A stretch of 48,648 nt of DNA, filler included, from Catajapyx aquilonaris (taxonomy: Eukaryota): assembly GCA_000934665.2 (NCBI GenBank). It is 3 parts of 3 records of this genome, joined end to end, with 100 filler letters (N's around TTAATTAATTAA, not from the genome) between each part and the next. Parts side by side here need not be neighbours in the genome. Positions count along the whole stretch, not along the records: positions 16,260 to 32,399 come from JYFJ02007280.1; positions 32,500 to 48,648 come from KZ539664.1; 1 more part is not named here. The stretch is one strand, 5' to 3'. Shown in pieces: positions 23,290-35,113 of this stretch; within the stretch, counting starts at the first letter, position 1, and every line of letters begins with the position of its first letter. The position numbers and the translations under genes were made by a program. Below the pieces are notes generated by a model. The model saw only the letters and a program-made list of their open reading frames with translations. It ran no database searches and had not been told where the DNA came from.

Positions 23290-23660
23290 TCTATGAGCTG
23301 GCCCATGCAACAGGAAATGTTTGCTCTTTGATCCGAAATAGCCCCCCACAACTCCTCTGATACGGTAGGGTACTTAGAGAGTTTCCACCACCCTTGATTT
23401 GGCTCTGTGGGCAGTACTGTTCCCAGGTGCACTCAAGCAGGTGGCGAGCGGGTCTGCTAACTGCTTCGGACTCAGCTGCAGTGGATGGAATGGTTTGGGT
23501 TGGTTCAGAGTCGTCCCCCCGAACCAATTTGGGAACTGTGGACTGGCTGCAGCGCCAAATCAAGGGTGGTGGGACTCTCGAAGTACCCTACCATCACCAT
23601 ATAAGGCTAGGCTGGGAGTTGTGGGGGGCTGGTCCAGAAAGATAACTGGAGAGCCATAGA
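23290..23660. repeat. Degenerate palindromic element (MITE-like)
   Basis: Inverted pairs CCACCACCCTTGATTTGGC/GCCAAATCAAGGGTGGTGG, GGTAGGGTACTT/AAGTACCCTACC and CCCCCACAACTCC/GGAGTTGTGGGGG. Confidence 0.75.
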
Positions 23661-23833
23661 TCTGATGGTTGTGCTAAAATTATGATGCCCTGATGAACCA
23701 ATTTGTCTGGATGTTATTGAATCTTCAATGACATAAGTTCAAGAGTGTTAAAGAACTCTGCAGTAAATCCTAACAGCCTCCATAATTATACTTTCAGTTC
23801 ATGTGCTTGACCAATTCTGAAAATAATTGAGGG

Positions 23834-24483
23834 CTTTCTCGGAAAAACCCCATATGTCATCAAATTTGAAAAAAATGAGTTAAGGGTAGTATTACATCTT
23901 TCGGAAGCCCTCCATGCGATGCTTCTCTCCAATTTCTGAAAAAATTTCTGTTGTTGAAGATATTGAAGGGAAAAATCAGCCCCTTCCAACATTTTCCTAC
24001 AAAAACCCACATGTCAAGTGTGATTTCCCGGAACAATCCCACATGTCAGCGGTGACATGGGAGGTTTTTCATGAAATGATAGAATTAGAATGCTTCAGGA
24101 GTATCTGGTAAATATATGTCCCCAAAATAATCTAAGCACTACCCCAGCACAATCCCTGCCAAATGAGCCAGCCAATCATGGACAATGAATCTAATTCTAT
24201 GCATAAGAGCTTAAGATGTGATATATGTAGGCCTATATATTTCCATGAAAATTCTGATTGTGATAATTCTGGAAACACCCCATATGTCACAAATTTCAAA
24301 TTAAGATTATGATCATTTTAAATAGCATTGTAGTGTCTAATTTGCATAGTTGAATACAGATGTATGTCATCCACACTACAATAAAAAACCGACTGGCTAA
24401 GGCAATTAGTACGACCCATGGGCAGTTTTTTTTTGTTTCCTGAAAAATTGTTGTCGCTTGACATGTGGGATTCTTCCGAGAAA
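23834..24483. repeat. Dispersed ~25-bp motif (TTCTCGGAA..A.CCCA(C/T)ATGTCA), 4 direct copies and 1 inverted; probably subterminal repeats of an old DNA transposon
   Basis: Copies near 23835, 24003, 24025, 24267 and inverted at 24461. Confidence 0.6.
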
Positions 24484-25156
24484 CCCCTAAATTGCGACTT
24501 GAAATGACAGAAAATTAGATATGCTAACTGCATGGTTAGCATAACTCCGGATCAGTTTGCTAAACCTTGTGTTCCATTTCAACTTGAATCTAAGTTGCGT
24601 ACCATCATCCTCCCGGTCAATGTTTATGGCTAAGTACTCATCATCAGGGTCCACAATAACCACATAGCCCTGCGAATAGAAATGGAAGAAAGAACAATGT
24701 TAGCATCACCTGATGGGAGGGGGTTGCTTCCTGATTTTGGGAGTAATATTGGTAGCTGCACATGTGCTTTTCACTTGTAACTATACATGGCATTGATGGC
24801 AATGGGAAAAATGATTCACATTTTCTCAAATTTGCTGTGTCACAGATAGTGTTGTGTAGGCCAGAAAAACTGGCTTGGTTTTTGGGGTGTTCAGGTTTTT
24901 CCCAAGTCTCCTAATACAGTAACAGGAAAGGTTGGTTTTTTTTATTTAAAAAACTTCATTTTAATAATACAAGATTGCATATATGAACTTTTTCGTTTTT
25001 AAACAAGATTGGTTTTAACCGTTATAAACAGCATGTCACTTATCTCTTTATCATTTGCAACATCTAGGCCTAATTGGAAATTGCACAGCATGTATGCGAC
25101 AGGTCAAAACAGTTTTGTACTCTTCAAAGGCTCTAATGGTAACTGTTTTAACAATT

Positions 25157-26155
25157 GAAGCAGTGAGAACCAGTAGTTGCTAAGTCCATTTTTGCCATTT
25201 TTCAGGAGAGCAGTTTGAAAGTTTCACATAATGTTTGACAACCTTTCTTTGACATTACAGTCTCGGTAATTTTTATGTGATATTACTACGATTGTAAGTT
25301 AATGTAATGTAAATACAGAGTATCGGGGAGGCGGAGTGGTGCTGCGGTAACGTATGCCCCCACGTATGTTTTGGTCCCGAGTTCGATCCCTACCCGGGGA
25401 AACCCCCTTCATCTCGTGCAGAGTTAGGGTGGTATTCTACAGACTAAACCACCCGGGGGAGTTCACTAAAAATGGCCACGTTTAAGACATTGCACAGCAC
25501 CTTGCACATCCCCTCCTGTCATCCTGCCCGTGGGCCCGGGCGGTTCAAAAATCAGGTTCCACTGTATGTACAATAAAGATACAATAAAGGTCCGTGCCGC
25601 ATACCCTAAGAGGGTCGGGCACTACCCAAGAATTAATTAATTATATTATAATACGGAGTATGTAGTGCCTACACTGCAGGCGAAAAAAATTTATTTCCGT
25701 CTTGGACTTAGCAACTTCTGGCTTGCAGAAATTTTGTTAATTTTTAAAACACAAAAGAAAATGCAGAGAAATAATATCTCCTAAATTAATTTTAGTCCCT
25801 TTATTATGCCTGAATGTGATTACAGTAATTCTAAATACGGTGATTCATCGGTTATTTCCTGATAACATGAGCACAGTCATGATTGTCACCTTCTACAAGC
25901 AGCTACTACTTTTTGCATCAGATAATGCCGAAGGGATATGTTAGTAACCTACTCTATCTCAACCATATCCTCTTCTACATCATCTGATGCAAAAAGTTGT
26001 TCGTAGGAGGTTACACCATCTTCCAAGTGAAGCAGTGATAACCAGAAGTTAAGTCCATTTTTGCCATTTCTCAGGAGAGCAGTTTGAAAGTTTCATATCA
26101 TATTTGTGATATTTGACGTACCTTTCGTTGACATTAGAGTCTCGGTAATATTTTT
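25157..26155 (+). repeat. ~120-bp direct repeat pair (25157-25275 and 26028-26155)
   Basis: Shared TGAAGCAGTGA.AACCAG...TAAGTCCATTTTTGCCATTT.TCAGGAGAGCAGTTTGAAAGTTTCA...GTCTCGGTAAT. Confidence 0.85.
25324..25649 (+). mobile_element. tRNA-derived SINE (head and body of the 14065 type, tail of the 18981 type)
   Basis: B-box AGTTCGATCCC; near-perfect 12-bp TSD AATAC(A/G)GAGTAT at 25312-25323 and 25650-25661. Confidence 0.9.
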
Positions 26156-26225
26156 AGCCTACTGCTTACCTACATTTACCAGGTGCCACGGACATGACAC
26201 AGTGATCTCGATGCTTCACTTAATG

Positions 26226-26518
26226 CAGTGGTTCCCAACCTTTTTCCATTGTGATCCTATCTACAACCTTTCCTTGACCCGGCAACCCACATGACCTGCC
26301 CCTCCCCCAAGCCCAATCTCGTTTTCCCCCCAAATTTTTAATTACCAAAATGTTTCAACCAGCTACAGTACAACACTTATGTAGATTTGAGTTGAACTTC
26401 CCCCACAATTCGCTTACTTTCCTTATATAAAAAAAAGTTATGCAAATTCCTTTTTCCTGCACTACACCATGACCCTTAAAAACATGTTGGCAACCCAATT
26501 TTGGGTTGGGAACCACTG
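26226..26518. mobile_element. hAT-Charlie-like MITE (left arm copy)
   Basis: CAGTGGTTCCCAACC...GGTTGGGAACCACTG with 8-bp TSD ACTTAAT(G/C). Confidence 0.88.
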
Positions 26519-26875
26519 ACTTAATCTGATGTTCAGAGCAGAATATATGCATTCGAGCACATCCCACGATTCAAGTCCTGGATCTAGGACAGTGTGTTGC
26601 AGTTATGAAAGAGGGGGCCTGTGGCCTGAGTACAGTGTAATTCAAAATTTTATTGGGATGCATTCTCATACTAAAATCGTCCCTAAAATAAATATTATTG
26701 TGCCAGGGATGTGTCACCTTTATGAAGTCACAGAAAAACTATTTTCTTCTTTATTCAGTAGCACCATATGACTAGGTTATGATACAAAGTGCACATTTCA
26801 ATATATTGAATCACCATCTTCCATTTGGGAATAATGGGAATGTACTCAATATATTATTACTGTGAGTCAAGATGG

Positions 26876-27880
26876 CTATTCAGGTTTTCCCTTTATCACT
26901 GGCTCCTTCACATAGTCGTCATATGCCACAGAGAGGTCCTCCAGCATGCTCTGCATAACCTGGAAAGGTATATACAACATCAGGAAGTGTAGTAGGTAAT
27001 AATGTTAACATCTTGCAGAGAAGATTATGTGGTTAACTTGTTAATCACTTTCTGGAGCATGTCACTGTTTTAAGTGACCCATCAGCATGTATTTATTTGT
27101 TTAATAATTAATAACTATTAAGTTAATATATTTCTCGGGTGCCTTTTGGTCACCTGTCTCCATCAGAGGGCATCATTTTCACTAGCGACTAACACCTAAA
27201 TATATGTGTGTGTGGATATCCAGTAAGTAACTTTACCTCGCTGGGATCATCCAGTGCCTTGAGGCTGCAAGCATACAGCATCGCAATTTCCATCGTCTTC
27301 TCCATTGACGCTGACTTGCTTATTGGCTTATCTCCGGCCTTGTACTGCTCCTTCTCAACCTTCTTCTTGACACCTGCCTCCACTTCCACTTCTTCATTAA
27401 ATAAAGATGAGGCACCAGCGCCCAGACCTATCTGGTTGGCCTGCTTTTCGGGAGGGTTCGGGATCTGCGTCAGGTACCGGGTGTCTTCCAGCACATCCTT
27501 CTGCTGGACAAGTCCCTGCTTCCTGTACCGGGATGCCCTTCTGCATTTCTCCTGATCCTGGTCCGGTGCCAGGACTGGTTCCTTTCCATTCGCCCAGTAC
27601 CCGACATACTCCGTCTTGAGAGGTTCATACGCCATCTCCTTCCCCCGGTTTGTCCTCACTTTGGGACGGACTGAGGCCTTCCTCTGCCGCTAAAAGGGAA
27701 TGTGACTATAATATGGCTCTCTTAGTCTGCAAAATGCGCCCTAATTACCTCCCATTCAACCCATGCGGCGTCCTTTTCCTGGTGTTCTGTTGGGGTCACA
27801 GATTTGGTCAGGAGAGCCGCTGATGCCTCTTCATTCTTCACGCTACCAGACCACCAGCTCATCCCTTCTCCTCCGGCCAT
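26876..27880 (-). CDS. Orphan 3-exon gene, left copy, 222 aa (exons 27880-27749, 27689-27237, 26959-26876)
   Basis: AAAATGG start, GT-AG phase-0 introns, uninterrupted frame MAGGEGMSWWSG...WVEWE|RQRKASVRPK...ALDDPSE|VMQSMLEDLSVAYDDYVKEPVIKGKPE*. No family recognised. Confidence 0.68.
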
Positions 27881-28227
27881 TTTGTTCACCTATGATGCCT
27901 GTGATGTTGCCAGATGAGATAACAGGACGCGGAGTGGGCAATGGCAGGGTTGCCAAATGTCTTGTTTCCCAAAATGGCCGAAGGAGGGCGCTTTTGGAGG
28001 CGCCAATAAAATTCAAAGTGTGCGAACAGGGTGGTGGGATGTGGACCTCTTTGTCATAGTAATTTTTGCCTATCTTTGGCCTTGTGTCCCACCACCCTGT
28101 TCGCACACTGAATTTTATTGGCGCCTCCAGAACCGCCCTCCTTCGGCCATTTTGGCAACCCTGCCATTGCCCACTCCGCGTCCTGTTATCTCATCTGGCA
28201 ACATCACAGGCATCAGAGGTGAACAAA

Positions 28228-29242
28228 ATGGCCGGAGGAGAAGGGATGAGCTGGTGGTACGGCTGGTGGTCTGGTAGCGTGAAGAATGGAGAGGCATCAG
28301 CGGGTCTCCTGACCCAATCTGTGACCCCAACAGAACACCAGGAAAAGGACGCCGCATGGGTTGAATGGGAGGTAATTAGGGCGCATTTTGCAGACTAAGA
28401 GAGCCATATTATATTGTCACATTCCCTTTTAGCGGCAGAGGAAGGCCTCAGTCCGTCCCAAAGTGAGGACAAACCGGGTGAAGGAGAAGGCGTATGAACC
28501 TCTCATGACGGAGTATGTCGGGGACTGGGCGAATGGAAAGGAACCAGTCCTGGCACCGGACCAGGATCAGGAGAAATGCAGAAGGGCATCCCGGTACAGG
28601 AAGCAGGGACTTGTCCAGCAGAAGGATGTGCTGGAAGACACCCGGTACCTGACGCAGATCCCGAACCCTCCCGAAAAGCAGGCCAACCAGATAGGTCTGG
28701 GTGCTGGTGCCTCATCTTTACTTGTTGAAGAAGTGGAAGTGGAGGCAGGTGTCAAGAAGAAGGTTGAGAAGGAGCAGTACAAGGCCGGAGATAAGCCAAT
28801 AAGCAAGTCAGCGTCAATGGAGAAGACGATGGAAATTGCGATGCTGTATGCTTGCAGCCTCAAGGCACTGGATGATCCCAGCGAGGTAAAGTTACTTACT
28901 GGATATCCACACACACATATATTTAGGTGTTAGTCGCTAGTGAAAATGATGCCCTCTGATGGAGACAGGTGACCAAAAGGCACCCGAGAAATATATTAAC
29001 TTAATAGTTATTAATTATTAAACAAATAAATATATGCTGATGGGTTACTTAAAACAGTGACATGCTCCAGAAAGTGATTAACAAGTTAACCACATAATCT
29101 TCTCTGCAAGATGTTAACATTATTACCTACTACACTTCCTGATGTTGTACCTTTCCAGGTTATGCAGAGCATGCTGAAGGACCTCTCTGTGGCATATGAC
29201 GGCTATGTGAAGGAGCCTGTGATAAAGGGAAAACCTGAATAG
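28228..29242 (+). CDS. Orphan 3-exon gene, right copy, 226 aa (exons 28228-28371, 28433-28885, 29159-29242)
   Basis: GAG|GTAATT, CCCTTTTAG|, GAG|GTAAAG, CCTTTCCAG|; first intron 61 bp; both introns phase 0; GC-rich exons against AT-rich introns. Confidence 0.68.
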
Positions 29243-29597
29243 CCATCTTGACTCACAGTAATAATATATTGAGTACATTCCCATTATTCCCAAATGGAAG
29301 ATGGTGATTCAATATATTGAAATGTGCACTTTGTATCATAACCTAGTCATATGGTGCTACTGAATAAAGAAGAAAATAGTTTTTCTGTGACTTCATAAAG
29401 GTGACACATCCCTGGCACAATTTATTTTAGGGACGATTTTAGTATGAGAATGCATCCCAATAAAATTTTGAATTATTACACTGTACTCAGGCCACAGGCC
29501 CCCTCTTTCATAACTGCAACACACTGTCCTAGATCCAGGACTTGAATCGTGGGAGGTGCTTGAATGCATATATTCTGCTCTGAACATCAGATTAAGT

Positions 29598-29892
29598 CAG
29601 TCGTTCCCGACCCAAAATTGGGTTGCCAACATGTTTTTAAGGGTCATGGTGTAGTGCGGGAAAAAGGAATTTACATAACTTTTTTTATATATAAGGAAAA
29701 TAAGGGAGTTGTGGGGGTAAGTTCAACTCAAATCTACATAAGTGTTGTACTGTAGCTGGTTGAAACATTTTGGTAATAAAAAATTGGGGGGGGAAACGAA
29801 ATTGGACTGGGGGGAGGGGCAGGTCATGTGGGTTGCCGGGTCAAGGAAAGGTTGTAGATAGGATCACAATGGAAAAAGGTTGGGAACCACTG
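29598..29892. mobile_element. hAT-Charlie-like MITE (right arm copy)
   Basis: Mirror copy of 26226-26518 at the equivalent site with the same TSD. Confidence 0.88.
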
Positions 29893-30779
29893 CATTAAGT
29901 GAAGCATCGAGATCACTGTGTCATGTCCGTGGCACCTGGTAAATGTAGGTAAGCCGTACAAATATCAATATTTTCTTAATTATATGTACTATTACCTATT
30001 GGGTACAAAGAGCTTATTTTTTCAATTACAAGTTTGCAACCCAAACCTGTCATGTTTTACATGAAATAAACCGGCGAAGTCTTCACGTATGTGGCCACTA
30101 CCTGTCCAAGGATTTCGTATAAAAACCCAGTAGTTCCGAACCTTTCTCCAGTCGTGAACCCCTTTTATAACAACCAAGTAACCTGTGACCCCTCCCACAC
30201 ACACACATTTGCGTAAAACTGTATTTCATAGTGTGATTGTGTGAACATATTAAAATACACGAAGTCCCCAGTCTACGAATGGGGTTACGTTTCTGAAAAT
30301 GTCCATAAGTCGGATTTGTATGTATTTCGGACCCCTGAGGAACATGGCTTATTTACAGCATAAAGATGTTGCTCAAACAATCCACTTGCATCATGTGTGT
30401 TTGTTTAAATGCGCGGAAGAACTTACAGTTAGTTCCCCAATTATTTCGAGTCTGTTATAGCCAGGGCTGTTATCTCCGGAGTCAGCTGTATAAAAATAAA
30501 CCTTTGGAATGTGTCACAGGACAAATGGTGCGTGTTTTAGATTGGGATCTTGGAGATTTAAAAGATATCACTCGGCAAAAAATGTAAGTTTTTTTTGTTG
30601 CAACAATGAGTGTACAGTGTGGATCTTAACGATTTTTTCTGCTCTGATGTAACATGTATTTGCTAAATATTTCTCGAGGAAACGGTTTTTGAGTTATATG
30701 CATTTTTTTTTATTAAATTTATTGATACTCCCCCCAAAGGGAACTGGCGTTCCATAGTAGGGGGGGGGACTCACATATA

Positions 30780-31216
30780 CAGGGTGGTCCAACTTTTTTG
30801 TCCGAACAGCTATTGACAAATTCGGACTAAGCTGCTTATGTTGTAGTGCGTTACCTGGCAACCCCGGCCGGCCGGCCAATTCAAACATCAGCACATGGAG
30901 AGCGCTTCCATTTTTGCCACTGTTTACAAATCGAGTGAGTGACCCCAAAATGACTTATTGCTTCTAACATAATTATTTTCCCCGTTTGCTCCTGCATATC
31001 ACTGCAGATACTGTGTAAGCAGGCAGAAAAGACCCGTCGCTGGGTCGTCCGCGTCACTCACTCGATTTGTAAACAGTGGCAACAATGGAAGCGTTCTTCA
31101 TGGGCTGATGTTTGAATTGGCCCGCCGGCCGGGGTTGCCAGGTAACGCACTACAACATAAGCAGCCTAGGCCGAATTTGTCCGTAGCTGTTCAGACAAAA
31201 ATGTTGGACCACCCTG
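30780..31216. mobile_element. MITE with CAGGGTG termini and ~165-bp TIRs
   Basis: TA|CAGGGTGGTCCAAC...GTTGGACCACCCTG|TA. Confidence 0.92.
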
Positions 31217-32399
31217 TATAGTAACAAATAACAAATGTTGTCCAAACCGAGCACACTACAAAACGATATCACAAAATTTCAATAATTTACAGGCATCTTT
31301 GAAAAAATTATACAAGTTAAGAATGTCAGGTTTAGAACAGCCACAGAAGACATGATGGAATTTATTTGGTGGCGCGGAAGGCATGTCGCTTAGGTAACGC
31401 TGTCTACAATTTTTTAAAAAGCGACAAGAGTAAAGAAAGTGATGCAAGTTAAAGAAGGAGGAGGATTCATTACAAAGAGTACAAAACTGAATATCATCGA
31501 GTTATATGCATTTAAATTTTTTAATATTAAATTTTTGTCATTATTATCGGAAAATTGTAATTTTAATTTAAGTTATATCCTAACACACATTACAATATAC
31601 TGGTACTGTATACGCAACATGATACCAATGCACCGATTCTCTTGACATTCGGTGCATTGGTAGCCCACCCCAAGGGATGAGAGTCGCACCTAAAGTTACC
31701 TGCTCAAAATGACCCTGTGATCACATTTTGAGGGGGGCAGAGGTCAACTTGTAAAATGCGGCAAACTCCAAGTTCCCATTTTTGACTGCGTCTTCAAGTA
31801 GATTTAATTTTTTTACATGCATGCTGCACCTGTCTTGAAGTAATAGAAATCCCAGTGAAGCCCATTTAGGGAAAGTGACATAAGTTAAAACCCTTCATTT
31901 TTGCAGCTATGGAAAAACTGTCATTTTGAAATTCCCGCTATTGTGGCAACACGGCTTGTTATTGCACAATTACCTCCGAAGCCTTCTCTTCAATCTCTTT
32001 TTAAAACCTCTCATTGCAATCGGGCAATCCTTAATTCTTTTGCAAAAGTAAAATTATTTCCGCAACCGCATGTTGCACTTTTCCGACCTGGCAACCCTGG
32101 AATTTTGGTTCCGAAAAGAATTCCAATCGGATCTGCAAGGCTCCTCTGGAAAAAAAATCTAAATTTTTGTTCTAAGAAGAGAAAGGTTTTTTTTCCGGAG
32201 TAGTAGTTAAGGTGTTTCTGCACAACACAACCCATATACTTTGAGAAAACAGCCTGTAGACAAGCATGGGTCGCTTGGTACGTTACAAGGAAGTATATAG
32301 CAATGGTGAGTATGCAGGGTGTGTTAATTTATGAATCGGACAAACATGTAGACTGTAGAGTCAATAGTCATCCTAGAATTCATCTCTGGAACCATTGTC

Positions 32400-32499
32400 N
32401 NNNNNNNNNNNNNNNNNNNNNNNNNNNNNNNNNNNNNNNNNNNTTAATTAATTAANNNNNNNNNNNNNNNNNNNNNNNNNNNNNNNNNNNNNNNNNNNN
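32400..32499. other. Assembly gap with synthetic six-frame stop linker
   Basis: 100 bp of N with central TTAATTAATTAA. Confidence 0.95.
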
Positions 32500-33013
32500 A
32501 GCTCATACTGCAAAAATATTCAAATTCGCGCGTGTTATTGCCGTGAAGTGCCATGGAAAAACCATCAAAGATGGCGGACCTTTACGGCCTGCCTGTACCC
32601 TATTTATCCCTCGTTGGCGCTGGCCTGCGACTCGCGACCGGGTGCAAGTGTTGTGGCTTTGGAACATCGCCTTTTGGCTGTATTTTCACCCTGCTAACGT
32701 GGAAATTAGCAGCGGAGGTGATGTTTTCTCAAGACTATAGGCCAAGCAGAATTAGAAAATCCAAAAAATTTCAGAATTCAGGAGGGTAAAAAAAGTCACA
32801 ATTTTGGTTGTGAGATGTTTAGGGAGACCTACTAACCTACAACATTGAAGAGCTTACAACATATGTCAATAAAAACTAGCCAAATAAGCTACGACTCGGA
32901 TTTAGAAATGACCACCATACACAATTTATCAGTCTGCACAACAGTCTGTGTTCAGTTTCCAAACAAATCATCAACAACTTGGACATATTTTTTATTTTTA
33001 ACAGTGTTTTAAA

Positions 33014-33124
33014 CAGGGATGGAAAAAGTACCGCTTCCTTCCAAGAAGCGCTTCTTTTTTCCATGTGCAGGGATAGAAAAAGAACCGCTTACCGCCCAAA
33101 GAAGCGGTTCTTTTTCCATCCCTG
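33014..33124. mobile_element. 111-bp hAT-like MITE built from two tandem palindromic units
   Basis: CAGGGATGGAAAAAG...CTTTTTCCATCCCTG with perfect 8-bp TSD GTTTTAAA. Confidence 0.9.
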
Positions 33125-35113
33125 GTTTTAAATCTTTAAAATTAAGTTTTACAACCTTTTGCAAAAGAGAATTTATTATACATGTGTCCAGACTATGACA
33201 TACTATTCATGTGTTAATAAGACTAGTATATCTCAAAATCGTCTCCATCTTGTTTTCCCAGCGACTGTGAAGTATATCCATCATATTGACATGGTTTCCT
33301 TTGTAGAGGAAAGAAAGACAGGCAAGTCGCTGTTTTGAAAATTGATTGCATCATAAAATCATCACAGTAATCATTAATGCTATAGCCTACCACACTATCC
33401 TCATGCGTGTGGGTCATTATTCAGAGTGTGCAAAATAGGAAATGGGGAAACTCGACTGGTGCACATAGCATGTTGGGGTCATTTTATACATGTATGAGAC
33501 GTCACCTAAGCTTGATCACTCTTGATTGACAGACCCCCTTGGCTTAGCACTATTCCCACAGGTCATTTTTAGTTCATTTAACTCAAATAAATATTTGCCC
33601 AGTAGTAATAATGACCTATATCCAAATTATTTTCAATAAGGTCAACTTCACTGTGTGCACAAGTTATGCAGTAAATACCTCCAGCCTAAATATTTTATGT
33701 GTAGGGCTACTCTCAGTTTAGAAGCATGACCTTAACCAAATCTGACATTATTGCAACTTAAAATCAGAGAGAAGTTGCTATACTGACTTCATTATTGCTA
33801 TACCGCAGCAGCATCTTCTGAAACCTAGTAGTTTCTTTTAGCACATATTATCTTTGCCAATACACAGACCGCATACAAAAGTGCTTGGATGCTGGAGGGG
33901 ACAGTTTCCGGTGAATTCTCTAGGCAGACCTTGTTTACCAACACACAAGGTGACATGTCAATTTTCAGAGGGAACCATATTATAACTTAATAATTTAAAA
34001 GTTATTGAGGAGTGTTTGGGTTTCCTATCGAGATAATCAACCTGTACCTATAGGCCTACATCACTGAAAGCATTTTAACCTCCATATACCTTGCACTATC
34101 TTTCTCTCTCCCCATTAATTCCTGAACGAAAAGCAAGATTCCAGTATAATGGATCAGCTAACATTAATAGAAAGAGCATCATGTTAGAACTACTAATGGT
34201 AAATAGTGCTCAGGTCCATCATGATCATTGCCCCCCAGTGATGGTACTGTACTATAGGAACAGAGTTGACTGTTTTCACTATACCGACTCCCTCAGTTAG
34301 AATAGCAAATAAAACACTGCGTGCTGTTGATGGTGTTTTTTCATGACAATTTTTCCATTCAGCATGGATAAGACAATTAACACCAATTGTGTGACCCATG
34401 ATTCATACTCATGATGTTTTAATGCAGATGACAAAATGTCAAAAATTATAAAGCAAGGGTGGCCACAGTCCTGAGTACTGTACACATCCCTCCCAGCTCT
34501 GCTCACATTTTGGCAAAACCAAATACAAATATGATGTTGTATAAAACTCTCATGTTCGTTTTCAGGCACTGCTGTATGTTTGCATCATGTATGTACAGGT
34601 ATTATATGCATGTTTCCAATTTTAGAAGACCATTACATTACAGGCTGGAATTTTCGTTCCACTGTTAGTTGTTATTACTAAGTTAGCAGTATCTAGAAGT
34701 GGGACGAAAATTCAACAGTGTTTAACTTTACTAGGATTCAATTACTATCACCTTAGAAACAGCCTTACAAAAGCTACTTTACAGCACCACATGATAAAAG
34801 TGGAACAATGTACTGTTGGGCAGAAGCAGATAAAATATATTAAGGCTCTGCAAAAGTGTAGGTAGTATAGTATTGCCATATTCCTGTGCAAGCCATAATT
34901 TTGAGACAGGAATGACCCATAAATCCTACTCAATAAGGCAAAAGCAAAATTTTATATGATTTTCTAACATTTGTTTCACTCTCTTTCATGTGAATGTGTA
35001 GGCCTACATTGAAGTTGTTGGAAATTACACCTACCTCATTTACTTAAATTATTTTGCCTCTGTTATAATTATGCCGATGCACTTTACACTACTTGTGTTG
35101 CTGGAACCAATTA

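Larger units (their letters stand above)
26162..29956. repeat. 3.8-kb near-perfect palindrome; ~1.87-kb arms, 47-bp spacer (28040-28086)
   Basis: Arms align base by base from GCTTACCTACATTTACCAGG to CCTGGTAAATGTAGGTAAGC with scattered substitutions and a few indels; TA on both outer sides. Confidence 0.97.

Noticed and set aside
28927..28968. Extra small exon in the palindrome gene
   Set aside because: It would need a 41-48 bp intron and gives a stop or a phase clash; skipping it gives a clean frame.
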